The notes below the pieces were generated by a model. That model had not been told where the DNA came from, made no database searches, and worked only from the letters and a program-made list of their open reading frames with translations. A stretch of DNA of 64,000 bases, taken from the NCBI GenBank assembly GCA_963827655.1, contig CAWHCF010000032.1:62519-126518 (forward strand), read 5' to 3'. The stretch comes from an uncultured Acidobacteriota bacterium. Lineage in GTDB: Bacteria; Acidobacteriota; UBA6911. A program made the translations under genes and the position numbers. Positions 52,208 to 61,252 of the stretch are shown one piece after another (position 1 is the stretch's first letter; the number at the start of each line of letters is the position of its first letter).

Positions 52208-52540
52208 AGCAAGAGCGCCAGGCTTGACGTACTACAAGGCACCCTCGACCTACTGATCCTCCGGACGTTGCAGCTAGGCGCTATGCACGGATGGGCAATC
52301 TCGGAGCGGATACAGCAAGCCTCGCAGGATGTGTTGCGCGTCAATCAGGGTTCTCTGTATCCCGCACTTCATCGGTTGGAACACCAGGGGTGGATTGCGG
52401 CGGAATGGGGGGTTTCCGAACTTGGCCGACGAGCGCGATTTTACACACTGACGACGGCGGGAAAGAAACAACTGCAGCGGGAAACCGAGATGTGGGCCAG
52501 GTTCGCGGGCGCGATCGCTCAGGTTCTGGATATGGCCTGA
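52205..52540 (+). CDS. Acidobacterial-type PadR regulator (module 2)
   Basis: LQGTLDLLIL, HGWAISERI, NQGSLYPALHRL, EWGVSELGRRARFY. Confidence 0.92.
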   Translation: MSKSARLDVLQGTLDLLILRTLQLGAMHGWAISERIQQASQDVLRVNQGSLYPALHRLEHQGWIAAEWGVSELGRRARFYTLTTAGKKQLQRETEMWARFAGAIAQVLDMA

Positions 52541-52541
52541 T

Positions 52542-55181
52542 ATGAATTGGAACGACATCAGACTTCGGCTTCGTGCGCTGTTTCAGCACAACCGTGTTGA
52601 GGATGAGCTCGAAGAGGAAGTGAACACCCATCTTGAGATGCAGGCGAGGAAGAATCAAAATCAAAACCGAGGAATAGATCCAGCCGAAGCGTCTCGCCTC
52701 GCGCGCATTCAGTTTGGCAGCCTTGACGTGACAAAGGAGGAATGCCGGGATGCGCGCGGCACACGCCTGATCGAAGACGCGCTGGCTGACGTGCGTTACG
52801 CGGTCAGGAGCTTTTGGCGCACGCCAGTATTTGCCCTGACAGTTGTCGCTACTATAGCGTTGCCCCTCGGCCTGAATACGGCCCTCTTCACCATTTTCAA
52901 CGCCTATGTTCTCCGACCGGTCGCGGTCAGCGATCCGAATAGCCTCTATCAATACTCATGGACTGACCGGCGTGGAGCAACGCACTCGTTCTCGTGGGCG
53001 GAATATGAGAGCTTCCGAGATGGTAACCCAGTGTTTTCCGAGGTAGCGGCCACCAGGCCGATCTTCGCTCGCGTTGAGGGCCGGCCGCTTTTCGGCGAAC
53101 TGGTAACGCCTAACTACTTCCGCATGCTTGGCGTGGGAGCGCTTTCTGGTCGGACATTTGTAGCGGAAGACGGCGCGTCTGCAGGATCGGCCCCTGTTGT
53201 TGTCCTTAGTCACTCCGCCTGGCAGAACAAGTTCGGTGGCAACAACGACCTGCTCGGCAAGACAATCGTGATTCGCGGCCATCCTATGGAAGTGATTGGG
53301 ATCACAAAACCCGAATTCAGTGGCCTGAACGCAAAGACACTCGACTTCTGGGTGCCAATTACCATGGCGGACCAGTTGGAGGGTGGACCGAGTCTCTTCG
53401 GTCCCGATCATCCGAACCGACTCGATATTGCCGGTCGGCTAAGACCGGGGCTCACTTCAAGGCAGGCTGAGGCAGCCCTCCTTGTGTGGGCGCTACATCG
53501 GACGGACGGCAAGGGAGAGGATGAGAAAGCCGTGGGTGTGGTTCTCGAATCGCGTGCGACTTCGATTCGCCTGACGCCTCAACTGATTGCAGCTGCTATC
53601 CCTGTCGTTGCGGCTTTCCTGCTGGTGCTACTCATGGCCTGCGCAAACATCGCAAGCATGATGCTTGCGCGTGCCATTGGCCGACAGCGTGAAATCGGGT
53701 TAAGACTGTCGTTAGGCGCGGCTCGCATTCGACTTGTTCGCCAACTATTGACCGAGAGTTTAGTCCTGGCGGTGCCAGCCGCCATGGCCGGTGCTGCGCT
53801 CTCGGAGTTGGCGCTTCGCGTCGGTCAACGGATCTTGTTCTCAGCCATGCCGCCGGACCTTGCTCAGATCGTCACCATACCATCACTGGGATTCGATATT
53901 CGCCTATTCGGGTTCTTGATCGCTATCGCCGCTTCCTCTGCCACCCTGTTTGGGCTGGCACCCGCACTTCAAGCCACCCGCCTCGATCTTGCGCAAGTTA
54001 CCAAAGGCGAGTTTGCGCCCGACATCCGACCAACCAGACTCCGCAACGCGTTAGTGATTTTGCAGATCACCGTGTGCGTGATGTTGCTTACCGTGGCAGG
54101 GCTGGCCCTGCGCGCCAGCTCACGGATGAACAGGCAGGAGGTGGGCTTTACGACAAGGGGAGTCTTGGAAATGGATATCAACGAGAAGTACCGGTCCCAA
54201 CTCCTCTCCCGGCTGGCGGAGCAACCCGTAGTTGAAGGGATTGCGTCGGCGCAGTCCATCCCACTAAACGGAATGCTGTTGACTGTACCAATGATCTCGG
54301 GCGAAGAAACTGCAGTTCGTGGCTCGTACAACTTCGTCTCACCCACATTCTTCCAGCTTCTCGGCATTCCCATTTTGAGCGGCCGTAACTTTAGCGTGGA
54401 AGAAGCCCAGGTGGGAGCAGCCGTCGCTATTGTGAGCCAGAAGACGGCGTTACGTTTCTGGCCCGGGCAGCAGCCGCTGGGCCAAACTCTTCGGCTAGCT
54501 CCAGATCCCCGCGTCGCACCGGGCTCAAGGGTACGCCACTTTCCATCAGTACGAATAATCGGCGTAGCAGCGGATATCGTCAGTTGCTGTTTCACGGTCG
54601 GCATGGACCCTACTCTCCTGTATTTGCCTACGACCTCCACCGCCGCGGGGAACAGCCTGCTGGTGCGTGTTCACGGCAATTCGGAACAGGCGCGCCGCAA
54701 CCTGGATGCGGATTTCTCCGCGATCAGCCCCAGTGCAGTCGACCAGATTCATACGCTGGAGACATTCCGGGCGGCAGGAATATTCCCATTCCAGATCGCG
54801 GCGGGTGTCTGCACGGTGATCGGTGGGCTCGCCCTCTTCCTTGCGGTGTCAGGAGTCTATGGCGTGCTCTCGTACTCAGTCTCCCAGCGAACGCGGGAGA
54901 TAGGAATCAGAATGGCGATTGGGGCCCCGGCAAGTGCGGTCGCGCGTCTGGTGCTAACGCAATCGATGAGGCTCGCCCTTATCGGTGGCGTCGCTGGCTC
55001 GCTCCTGGCATTGGCAGTATGGCGCATTCTGGCCTCCCGACTGTTCTTCATACAGGCATTTGACGGCATTGCGTTCTTCATCGGAGTGCTGGTACCTCTG
55101 GCCGCTGCCGCTTTGGCAGCGTATGCGCCCGCGCGACGGGCTATCCTGGTCGATCCTACAACTACCCTCAGATACGATTGA
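52542..55181 (+). CDS. ADOP-type duplicated permease with prefix (module 2)
   Basis: RLRALF..RVEDELEEEVNTHL...EASRLARIQFG...KEECRDARG; two FtsX repeats; DPTTTLRYD. Confidence 0.92.
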   Translation: MNWNDIRLRLRALFQHNRVEDELEEEVNTHLEMQARKNQNQNRGIDPAEASRLARIQFGSLDVTKEECRDARGTRLIEDALADVRYAVRSFWRTPVFALTVVATIALPLGLNTALFTIFNAYVLRPVAVSDPNSLYQYSWTDRRGATHSFSWAEYESFRDGNPVFSEVAATRPIFARVEGRPLFGELVTPNYFRMLGVGALSGRTFVAEDGASAGSAPVVVLSHSAWQNKFGGNNDLLGKTIVIRGHPMEVIGITKPEFSGLNAKTLDFWVPITMADQLEGGPSLFGPDHPNRLDIAGRLRPGLTSRQAEAALLVWALHRTDGKGEDEKAVGVVLESRATSIRLTPQLIAAAIPVVAAFLLVLLMACANIASMMLARAIGRQREIGLRLSLGAARIRLVRQLLTESLVLAVPAAMAGAALSELALRVGQRILFSAMPPDLAQIVTIPSLGFDIRLFGFLIAIAASSATLFGLAPALQATRLDLAQVTKGEFAPDIRPTRLRNALVILQITVCVMLLTVAGLALRASSRMNRQEVGFTTRGVLEMDINEKYRSQLLSRLAEQPVVEGIASAQSIPLNGMLLTVPMISGEETAVRGSYNFVSPTFFQLLGIPILSGRNFSVEEAQVGAAVAIVSQKTALRFWPGQQPLGQTLRLAPDPRVAPGSRVRHFPSVRIIGVAADIVSCCFTVGMDPTLLYLPTTSTAAGNSLLVRVHGNSEQARRNLDADFSAISPSAVDQIHTLETFRAAGIFPFQIAAGVCTVIGGLALFLAVSGVYGVLSYSVSQRTREIGIRMAIGAPASAVARLVLTQSMRLALIGGVAGSLLALAVWRILASRLFFIQAFDGIAFFIGVLVPLAAAALAAYAPARRAILVDPTTTLRYD

Positions 55182-55262
55182 GGTCGCCACTCAGGGGCAG
55201 ACCTTGAGGTCTGAGGTGCGCGAGTTGTCGCTTCAGGCACTGCCGGAGCGGATAGCTCCTCA

Positions 55263-55423
55263 CGCCGCAGTGTTTACTAACCCAGTTCACTTGGACGAGT
55301 AGTCGGCTTATCGGACAAGTGGAGGAAAACGGGACGTTTCTTTCGGACGCCCCGCCAGTTGTCCGGTTTGTCCGTTAACCAGGAGTTAGCAGGGACTCGC
55401 GGGATCGGTAAATCCTTGGCGAC
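55263..55423 (+). repeat. ADOP-associated palindromic element copy C (most complete)
   Basis: CGCCGCAGTGTTTACTAACCC...TAGTCGGCTTATCGGACAAGTGG...CCCGCCAGTTGTCCGG...GGGATCGGTAAATCCTTGGCGAC; CGGACAA/TTGTCCG and TTTAC/GTAAA pair. Confidence 0.75.
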
Positions 55424-55505
55424 TTATCAGGACTGATGGCGGGCGCTCGCCCCGTCCTGCGTCGTGGCAGTTCGATTCCTATCAGGGTCCCCCCGAGGCA
55501 CCTTA

Positions 55506-55563
55506 CCTATTGACATTCGATAGGAGTGGGTGCACACTCTCGCTCATATAGAGGGTCGATAGC
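55506..55563 (+). promoter_or_regulatory. Promoter and twin operators, module 3
   Basis: TTGACA(55510)-N17-CACACT; CCTATTGA-CAT-TCGATAGG over -35; CATATAGA-GGG-TCGATAGC downstream. Confidence 0.7.
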
Positions 55564-55575
55564 AGGAGAACTCCG

Positions 55576-55905
55576 ATGCCAGGCCGCCGCGTCACGTTAC
55601 TTCAAGGTACGCTTGATCTCCTCATTCTGAAGGCCCTTTCTGCCGGTGCGCTCCACGGGCTCGGCGTGTCGCGCCGCATCAAGCAGATCACTGGCGGCAC
55701 GTTCGTCGTGCAACCGGGCTCACTGTTCCCTGCGCTCCATCGTCTGGAGGAAGCCGGCTGGCTCACATCCGACTGGCACCCCTCCGAGAACAACCGACGT
55801 GCGAAGTACTACACGCTCACAAAGGCCGGACGCCGACAACTGGGCGAAGAAGCCACACAGTGGAATCAGATTTCGCTGGCAATTGCGCGCGCGATGAAAG
55901 CATGA
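55576..55905 (+). CDS. Acidobacterial-type PadR regulator (module 3)
   Basis: LLQGTLDLLILKAL, HGLGVSRRI, QPGSLFPALHRL, SENNRRAKYY. Confidence 0.92.
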   Translation: MPGRRVTLLQGTLDLLILKALSAGALHGLGVSRRIKQITGGTFVVQPGSLFPALHRLEEAGWLTSDWHPSENNRRAKYYTLTKAGRRQLGEEATQWNQISLAIARAMKA

Positions 55906-56017
55906 GGTGATAGTGACCACCGGACGCTGCGGTGTTTCGGTAATCAGAGGTTCAGCAGGGTCGCCCGTCGACTAAGGGCAACCGAGGGTTCGACCACAGA
56001 AAAACTGGAGACACGTC

Positions 56018-58657
56018 ATGGCCCGCCTTTTCAGTCTCTGGGGCAATCTCGTGCACCGGAACCGGGTCGATCGCGATCTCGACGAGGAGCTGCATGCCGC
56101 ATTCGAGTTGCTGGTCGACGAGAAAATCCGAGCAGGCATGCATCCGGACGATGCCCGTCGCGCCGCTCGACTGGAGCTGGGGAGCCTGGAATCCTTGAAG
56201 AGCGAGGTCCGCGACGCGCGTGCGGGTGCCAGGGTGGACACCCTTTTCCAGGACATCCGCTACGCGCTGCGGCTGTTCCGACGAGCCCCCGGCTTTACGG
56301 CCGTCGCGGTCGTGACGCTGGCCCTGGGCATCGGCGCCAACGCCGCCATCTTCGGCGTGGTGAAATCGGTGTTGCTCGACGCGCTGCCCTACGCCGACGC
56401 CGACCGCCTGGTGCGCGTGTACGGGCGCTTCCTCCTCAGCACGCAGGAAAGCGCCCTGCTGAGGGCCAGCCAGGTCCACACTATCGCTCAGCGACAGCGG
56501 TCATTCGAGAGCCTCGCCGCATTCGACTCCGCGCGCGATGCCGTGTACGGAAGTGATGACGTCCCACGTATCGTGAGGATCGCGTGGGTGGAGCCCGGAC
56601 TCTTCAAGACCCTGGGTGTCCCGGCTGCGCTCGGGCGAATCTTCCACGACGACGATCGCGCCAAAGGCCACGTGCCTGTCAGCGGCGGGGAGAGCGGTCC
56701 CGACACTGCTCGTGTCGTGCTGTTGGCCCATGACGCTTGGCAGGGGCTATTCGCGGGTGACCCGGGTATCGTTGGCCGAGATGTCCGCATCAACGGGATC
56801 CCGCGTACGGTGATCGGCGTCCTGCCGCGCGGCTTCGTGGGACTCAGGGGCCAGGCCGACTTCTACTTTGCATTCGATCTCACCCCGGCCCTCGCCAGCG
56901 GTGCGGGCTGGCTCGGCCTAGTCGGCCGCCTGAAGTCGGGCATGACCCTGGAAGCCGCGCGGCGCGAGATCGCCGCAATCTGGGCCGACGAGCACCCGCA
57001 GGAGAACAGCGGCGTGAGCATCTCGGCAATGCCACTGCGTGATGCGATGGTCGGCGGCACCCGCACGCCGCTCCTCGTGCTGCTGGCGAGCGCCGCTCTG
57101 GTCCTCCTCATTGCCTGTGCGAACCTCGCCGCAGCCCTGCTATCCCGCGGCCTCTCCCGGCGCAGAGAGTTCGCCGTCCGCGTCGCGCTCGGTGCTGGGC
57201 GCCGGCGTCTCGTACGGCAGCTGCTCACCGAGAGCGCCGCGCTCGCCCTGGCCGGCGGCGCGGCTGGGTTGCTGGTCGCCCAGTCGATGCTGTCCCTCCT
57301 GCACGGCCTCGCGAGACCCGTGCTGCCGGCCTACACCCAATTGTCGCTCGATCCGGGCGTGGTGCTCGTCACGGCGGTTGTTGCTTTGTGCACCGGCCTG
57401 GCGTTTGGCGTGGTGCCGGCGCTCTCCATCGGGCGCTCGGACGCGCAGGGTACGCTGCGCGACGAGGCGCGGGGCGCGAGCGAGGGGCGCCGCCCGCGCC
57501 GCCTGCGCGGCGTGCTGGTGGCGGCGCAGCTAGCGCTCTGCGCCAGCCTGCTCGCGGGTGCCGGCTTGCTGGCGCGCAGCTCATGGGAGATGGCGACGGC
57601 ACCGCTCGGCTTGGATCCGGCCGGCGTCCTGACCGCGAGGTTCCGGCTATCGATACCTGACTACCCGACACTTGAGACACGCGCCCGCTTCCACGAGCAA
57701 GTCGCGGAGCGGCTGCGGCTCCTCCCCGGCGTGGACGCCGTCGCGATCGCGAACAAGGTTCCCACGGTCGAAACCCCGAGACGGGATCCCTTCACCATCG
57801 AAGCGGCGCTCCCGACCGACGCGCAGCTCTCCGTCGTGTATGCGAGCGTGTCGGACGACTACTTCCGCACGCTCCGGATACCGCTCCGGCAGGGACGCAC
57901 GTTCGACGCGTCGGACCGCGATGGCGCGCCGCCGACCGCTGTCATCAGCGAGAGCCTGGCGCGCCAGCATTGGCCCGCCGGCGAGGCGCTCGGTGCTCGC
58001 ATTCGCTTGGGTGGGCGCCTGGTGACGGTCGTCGGCGTCGTCGGCGACGTGCGCAACGACCTCGCCCGGCCTGAGGCCGAACCGATGACGTATAGGTCAC
58101 ACCGGCAGGAATCGACGCAAAGGTTCTGCGTCCTGCTGCGCACGCACGGCGATCCGCTCGCCCTCGTGAGACCCCTCCAGCGAGAGGTGGCGGCGCTCGA
58201 CCCCTCATTGCCGGTCCAGCAGGCCATGACGCTCGATGCGGCGGTCGGCGAAGGGCTCGCCGCTCGGCGGCTTCCGGTGATGCTGATGACCGCGTTTTCT
58301 GCCCTGGCGCTGCTCCTCGCGTCGGTCGGCGTCTACGGCATGTTCGCCAGCATGGCGGCGGCGCGGGAGCGGGAGTTCGGCGTTCGCATGGCGCTCGGCT
58401 CGCGCCCGAGCGCGATTGCCGGGCTGATGCTGCGGCAGGGCGTCGGCTGGATGGCCGTCGGCCTGTCGGGTGGTGCCCTCGGCATCACGCTGGTCGTACA
58501 GCTTCTGCGCGGCATGCTCTATGGAGTGCCGCCGTTCGACCCGATCGCCCTCGGCAGTGCCGTCGCGATCCTGGTGGGTTGCGCGACGGTCGCACTGCTC
58601 ATCCCAGTCCGCCGCGCCATGCGCGTGGACCCAATGGTCGCGCTCCGCGCCGAATGA
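56018..58657 (+). CDS. ADOP-type duplicated permease with prefix (module 3)
   Basis: RVDRDLDEELHA....GMHPDDARRAARLELG; QDIRYALRLFRRAPGFT; two FtsX repeats; DPMVALRAE. Confidence 0.92.
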   Translation: MARLFSLWGNLVHRNRVDRDLDEELHAAFELLVDEKIRAGMHPDDARRAARLELGSLESLKSEVRDARAGARVDTLFQDIRYALRLFRRAPGFTAVAVVTLALGIGANAAIFGVVKSVLLDALPYADADRLVRVYGRFLLSTQESALLRASQVHTIAQRQRSFESLAAFDSARDAVYGSDDVPRIVRIAWVEPGLFKTLGVPAALGRIFHDDDRAKGHVPVSGGESGPDTARVVLLAHDAWQGLFAGDPGIVGRDVRINGIPRTVIGVLPRGFVGLRGQADFYFAFDLTPALASGAGWLGLVGRLKSGMTLEAARREIAAIWADEHPQENSGVSISAMPLRDAMVGGTRTPLLVLLASAALVLLIACANLAAALLSRGLSRRREFAVRVALGAGRRRLVRQLLTESAALALAGGAAGLLVAQSMLSLLHGLARPVLPAYTQLSLDPGVVLVTAVVALCTGLAFGVVPALSIGRSDAQGTLRDEARGASEGRRPRRLRGVLVAAQLALCASLLAGAGLLARSSWEMATAPLGLDPAGVLTARFRLSIPDYPTLETRARFHEQVAERLRLLPGVDAVAIANKVPTVETPRRDPFTIEAALPTDAQLSVVYASVSDDYFRTLRIPLRQGRTFDASDRDGAPPTAVISESLARQHWPAGEALGARIRLGGRLVTVVGVVGDVRNDLARPEAEPMTYRSHRQESTQRFCVLLRTHGDPLALVRPLQREVAALDPSLPVQQAMTLDAAVGEGLAARRLPVMLMTAFSALALLLASVGVYGMFASMAAAREREFGVRMALGSRPSAIAGLMLRQGVGWMAVGLSGGALGITLVVQLLRGMLYGVPPFDPIALGSAVAILVGCATVALLIPVRRAMRVDPMVALRAE

Positions 58658-58744
58658 GGCTCCACGATGATCATGCAAGCTCAAACCATTTGAACGGCAG
58701 GTACGGCCAATTCCAGATCAGGCTTGCGGCCGAAGAGAAGTGAC

Positions 58745-58903
58745 GATGAAGGCCGAACGATCCAGGTGTATGTCGGACTCGTCAAATCACCCACACTCGA
58801 AATCCGAAAGCTCGGGCCACACGATCGAGGCATGGTTGGCTTGTGGACGGGCAACAACAGCGACGGCGACTTCGCGAATCTCCGCATCATCCAGATGAAG
58901 TGA
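58745..58903 (+). pseudogene. 3' remnant of a beta-rich protein gene
   Basis: Manual translation DEGRTIQVYVGLVKSPTLEIRKLGPHDRGMVGLWTGNNSDGDFANLRIIQMK* reads like the C-terminus of a ConA-like/DUF1080-type fold; no N-terminal part is present. Confidence 0.5.
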
Positions 58904-59049
58904 CGGCGCGGTGAGGCTGGTACGGCTGCAACGGCGGCTTCAAAAGACGGCGGTACGCCGCGACCGCAGGGCAAGTTGGCATGCGCTTGCGAGCGTGGTG
59001 GGCCCTGGCGCTGCCTTGCTCTGCCGTCTGATCGATCCCGTGTAATGCA

Positions 59050-59211
59050 GTTGTGTTTACTCATCCGGCTCAATGGACGTATAGTCGGCTTACCGGAGAA
59101 GTGGGGCGGAGTTGGAAGGTACCGTGAGGATGCTCCGCCACTTGTACGAGTAGCCCGTAATACGTCCAGGTGGCCAGGATCTACGCAGAAGATTGGTAAA
59201 CATTAGGCGAC
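59050..59211 (+). repeat. ADOP-associated palindromic element copy D
   Basis: GTGTTTACTCATCC..CAATGGACGTATAGTCGGCTTACCGGAGAAGTGGGGCGGA...CCGCCACTTGTACGAGTAGCCCGTAATACGTCCA...GATTGGTAAACATTAGGCGAC. Confidence 0.78.
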
Positions 59212-59307
59212 AAGGGTGGAGTAATCCGAGAAAGTCCAGTCATTCTTCCGATTCCCGACGGCCATCCGCCGCATAACCCTCGCTGCGCTCCGCCGCTACG
59301 GAATTGC

Positions 59308-60630
59308 TCACCTTGACTTCGCTGGCGAGGGCGTGGAGCCAGTTGGGGCACCAGCGGCTGCCCGATAGATAACCCTCCCCTCCCGCACTGTATACCGTAC
59401 CGTCGCAAACGTTCGAACGTTCTGTGAGGGATCGCCACTCAGGACGACGAGATCCGCAACGTACCCTGGGACAATCCGTCCGCGTTGTTTCGATTCACCG
59501 AACCGCTCGGCGGGCGCCGTTGTCAGAGAAGCAAGAATCTGGCGAAAACTCATTCCGGATTGGGCCATAAGAGCATATTCATCGCTCGGATCGTAGTCAT
59601 TCATATAGCCGACATCAGTTCCGAACAGGATGACTCCGCCGAAGGCGAGCCAGGATCGCAGTTGGCCGGCGCCGCGTTCGGTGAACTGGTCGCGGTTTGA
59701 ATCACGGTCGTGACGCAGTTCGTACTTCCAGAGTTTCAAAGTTGGTATGAGGGCGACCTGCCTCTCCTTCATCGCCGCCAGGACCGTCTCATCCCATGGT
59801 TCTGACTGCGGCGTCGTGTGCACCACTACGTCCGCTCCAGCGCGAACTGCTGCCAGTAAGCCCTCGCGTTTCGTCGGGTGTGCGAAGACAGGTTTGCCTC
59901 TGCGGTGGGCTTCATCCGCCGCGGCTCGCATGGCGGTCTCCGGAATAGCTGCAAACGGGGGCCACCAGGTTACCGCATACAGCTTGATCCCATCGGTTCC
60001 TGCATCGAGTAGCTTCTTCGAAGCTCCCAGCGCTTCGGGAGCATCCGCGACCTCCGGAGACTGGACCTTCATGAATCCCAAGGCATCCATCAATTGCGGC
60101 GGCGTGCCACTGAAAGCGCCCTTCGGGTACAGAATCTCACCCGTCGAGCGGATTTTCGGACCATGTATTTCGCCGGACTCAATGCGGTCGCGAAGCAGCC
60201 GCGTATTTTCCCACATCGACCCGGTATCGAACACGCTCGTAAACCCGTATTGCGTAAGCATTGCCTGAAGCTGCCCGCTGAGCTCGGCAGCCGGAATGTT
60301 GGCCGCGTCCGCCCATTTTCTCTCCATGAAGTGAACGTGGCTGTTCCAAAAACCTGAGATAATTGTCAGTCCAGAACAATCCAGAATCTGGGCGCCCGAT
60401 GGTATCTGTATGGACCCCCTGCGGCCCACCGCAGCAATCTTGCCGTCTCGGACGACAACGACGCCATCGCGGACCGGATTCTCGGTCGGACTCACATAAA
60501 TCGTCCCGCCGCTCAGAACTAGTTGCGCTTCTGTGATGGAGCGGGGTTGGCCGAAGATCGACTGGCCGAAGAAGCACAGAATAATAGCCAGCGCGTGGGT
60601 CTGGCAGAGAACCGGTCTCTTTCGCATCAT
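59308..60630 (-). CDS. Exported amidohydrolase family protein
   Basis: VVVRDGKIAAVG, SGFWNSHVH (HxH), DGIKLY, VFAHP, VVHT, FGTDVG, GRIVPGYVADLVVL. Confidence 0.9.
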   Translation of the reverse strand: MMRKRPVLCQTHALAIILCFFGQSIFGQPRSITEAQLVLSGGTIYVSPTENPVRDGVVVVRDGKIAAVGRRGSIQIPSGAQILDCSGLTIISGFWNSHVHFMERKWADAANIPAAELSGQLQAMLTQYGFTSVFDTGSMWENTRLLRDRIESGEIHGPKIRSTGEILYPKGAFSGTPPQLMDALGFMKVQSPEVADAPEALGASKKLLDAGTDGIKLYAVTWWPPFAAIPETAMRAAADEAHRRGKPVFAHPTKREGLLAAVRAGADVVVHTTPQSEPWDETVLAAMKERQVALIPTLKLWKYELRHDRDSNRDQFTERGAGQLRSWLAFGGVILFGTDVGYMNDYDPSDEYALMAQSGMSFRQILASLTTAPAERFGESKQRGRIVPGYVADLVVLSGDPSQNVRTFATVRYTVREGRVIYRAAAGAPTGSTPSPAKSR

Positions 60631-60725
60631 CACATATACGCTTTCGGTTGGTGTCTTTGTTCCCGGATTTTGTGAACGGTGGCGGGCGATCCAACCAGTT
60701 CCAACAGTGTCGAGATAGCTCAATC

Positions 60726-60823
60726 CTGGGCGGTTTTCGGCGATCTACTGAGAATTGCTGGTTATCCATCCAAGTGGGTGGCAGCATCGGTAAACACTAG
60801 GCGACTAGGATTTACCAATCCCC
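60726..60823 (+). repeat. Truncated palindromic element copy E with end-to-end junction
   Basis: CTGGGCGGTTTTCGGCGATCTACTGAGAAT resembles 41248-41277; then ATCGGTAAACACTAG-GCGA-CTAGGATTTACCAAT (60786-60819). Confidence 0.6.
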
Positions 60824-60850
60824 ACCAAGGGACAATCAATAGCAGGGGCT

Positions 60851-60904
60851 CCCCTTGACAGCTTAGGAGAAGGTTGGGTATCTTCTTCCTAATTAATTTA
60901 GGAG
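60851..60904 (+). promoter_or_regulatory. Promoter and twin operators, module 4
   Basis: TTGACA(60855)-N18-TATCTT; CCTTGA-CAG-CTTAGG over -35; CCTAAT-TAA-TTTAGG overlapping the AGGAG RBS. Confidence 0.7.
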
Positions 60905-60908
60905 AGAG

Positions 60909-61250
60909 ATGTCGGACCGCACAAATGTGATGCCTGGAACCCTGGATCTGCTGATTCTCAAGGCCGTCTCGCTGGGGCCACAACACGGCTACGGCGTTCT
61001 TCTTCGGATCGAGCAGATCACCGGGCAAGTCCTTGTCATCGAGCAGGGTGCGCTCTACCCGGCACTCTATCGCCTGGAACATCAGGGCCTGATCGAGTCG
61101 GAATGGGGCACATCGGACAACAACCGCCGCGCGAAGTTCTACCGACTGACGACAGCCGGCCGGAAACGGTTGAAGGACGAGACAGCTGGTTGGGAGCGGT
61201 TCGCGGCGGCGATCGCCCTTGCCCTCAAGGCTCGTCCTGAGGAGGTGTAG
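60909..61250 (+). CDS. Acidobacterial-type PadR regulator (module 4)
   Basis: PGTLDLLILKAV, HGYGVLLRI, EQGALYPALYRL, EWGTSDNNRRAKFY. Confidence 0.92.
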   Translation: MSDRTNVMPGTLDLLILKAVSLGPQHGYGVLLRIEQITGQVLVIEQGALYPALYRLEHQGLIESEWGTSDNNRRAKFYRLTTAGRKRLKDETAGWERFAAAIALALKARPEEV

Positions 61251-61252
61251 CA

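Noticed and set aside
51966-59211. Palindromic elements as canonical integron attC sites
   Set aside because: Ends read ATTAGGC/CTTGGC, not GTTRRRY with a matching RYYYAAC; neighbouring genes have their own promoters and mixed orientation; no intI is present. Kept only as an analogy
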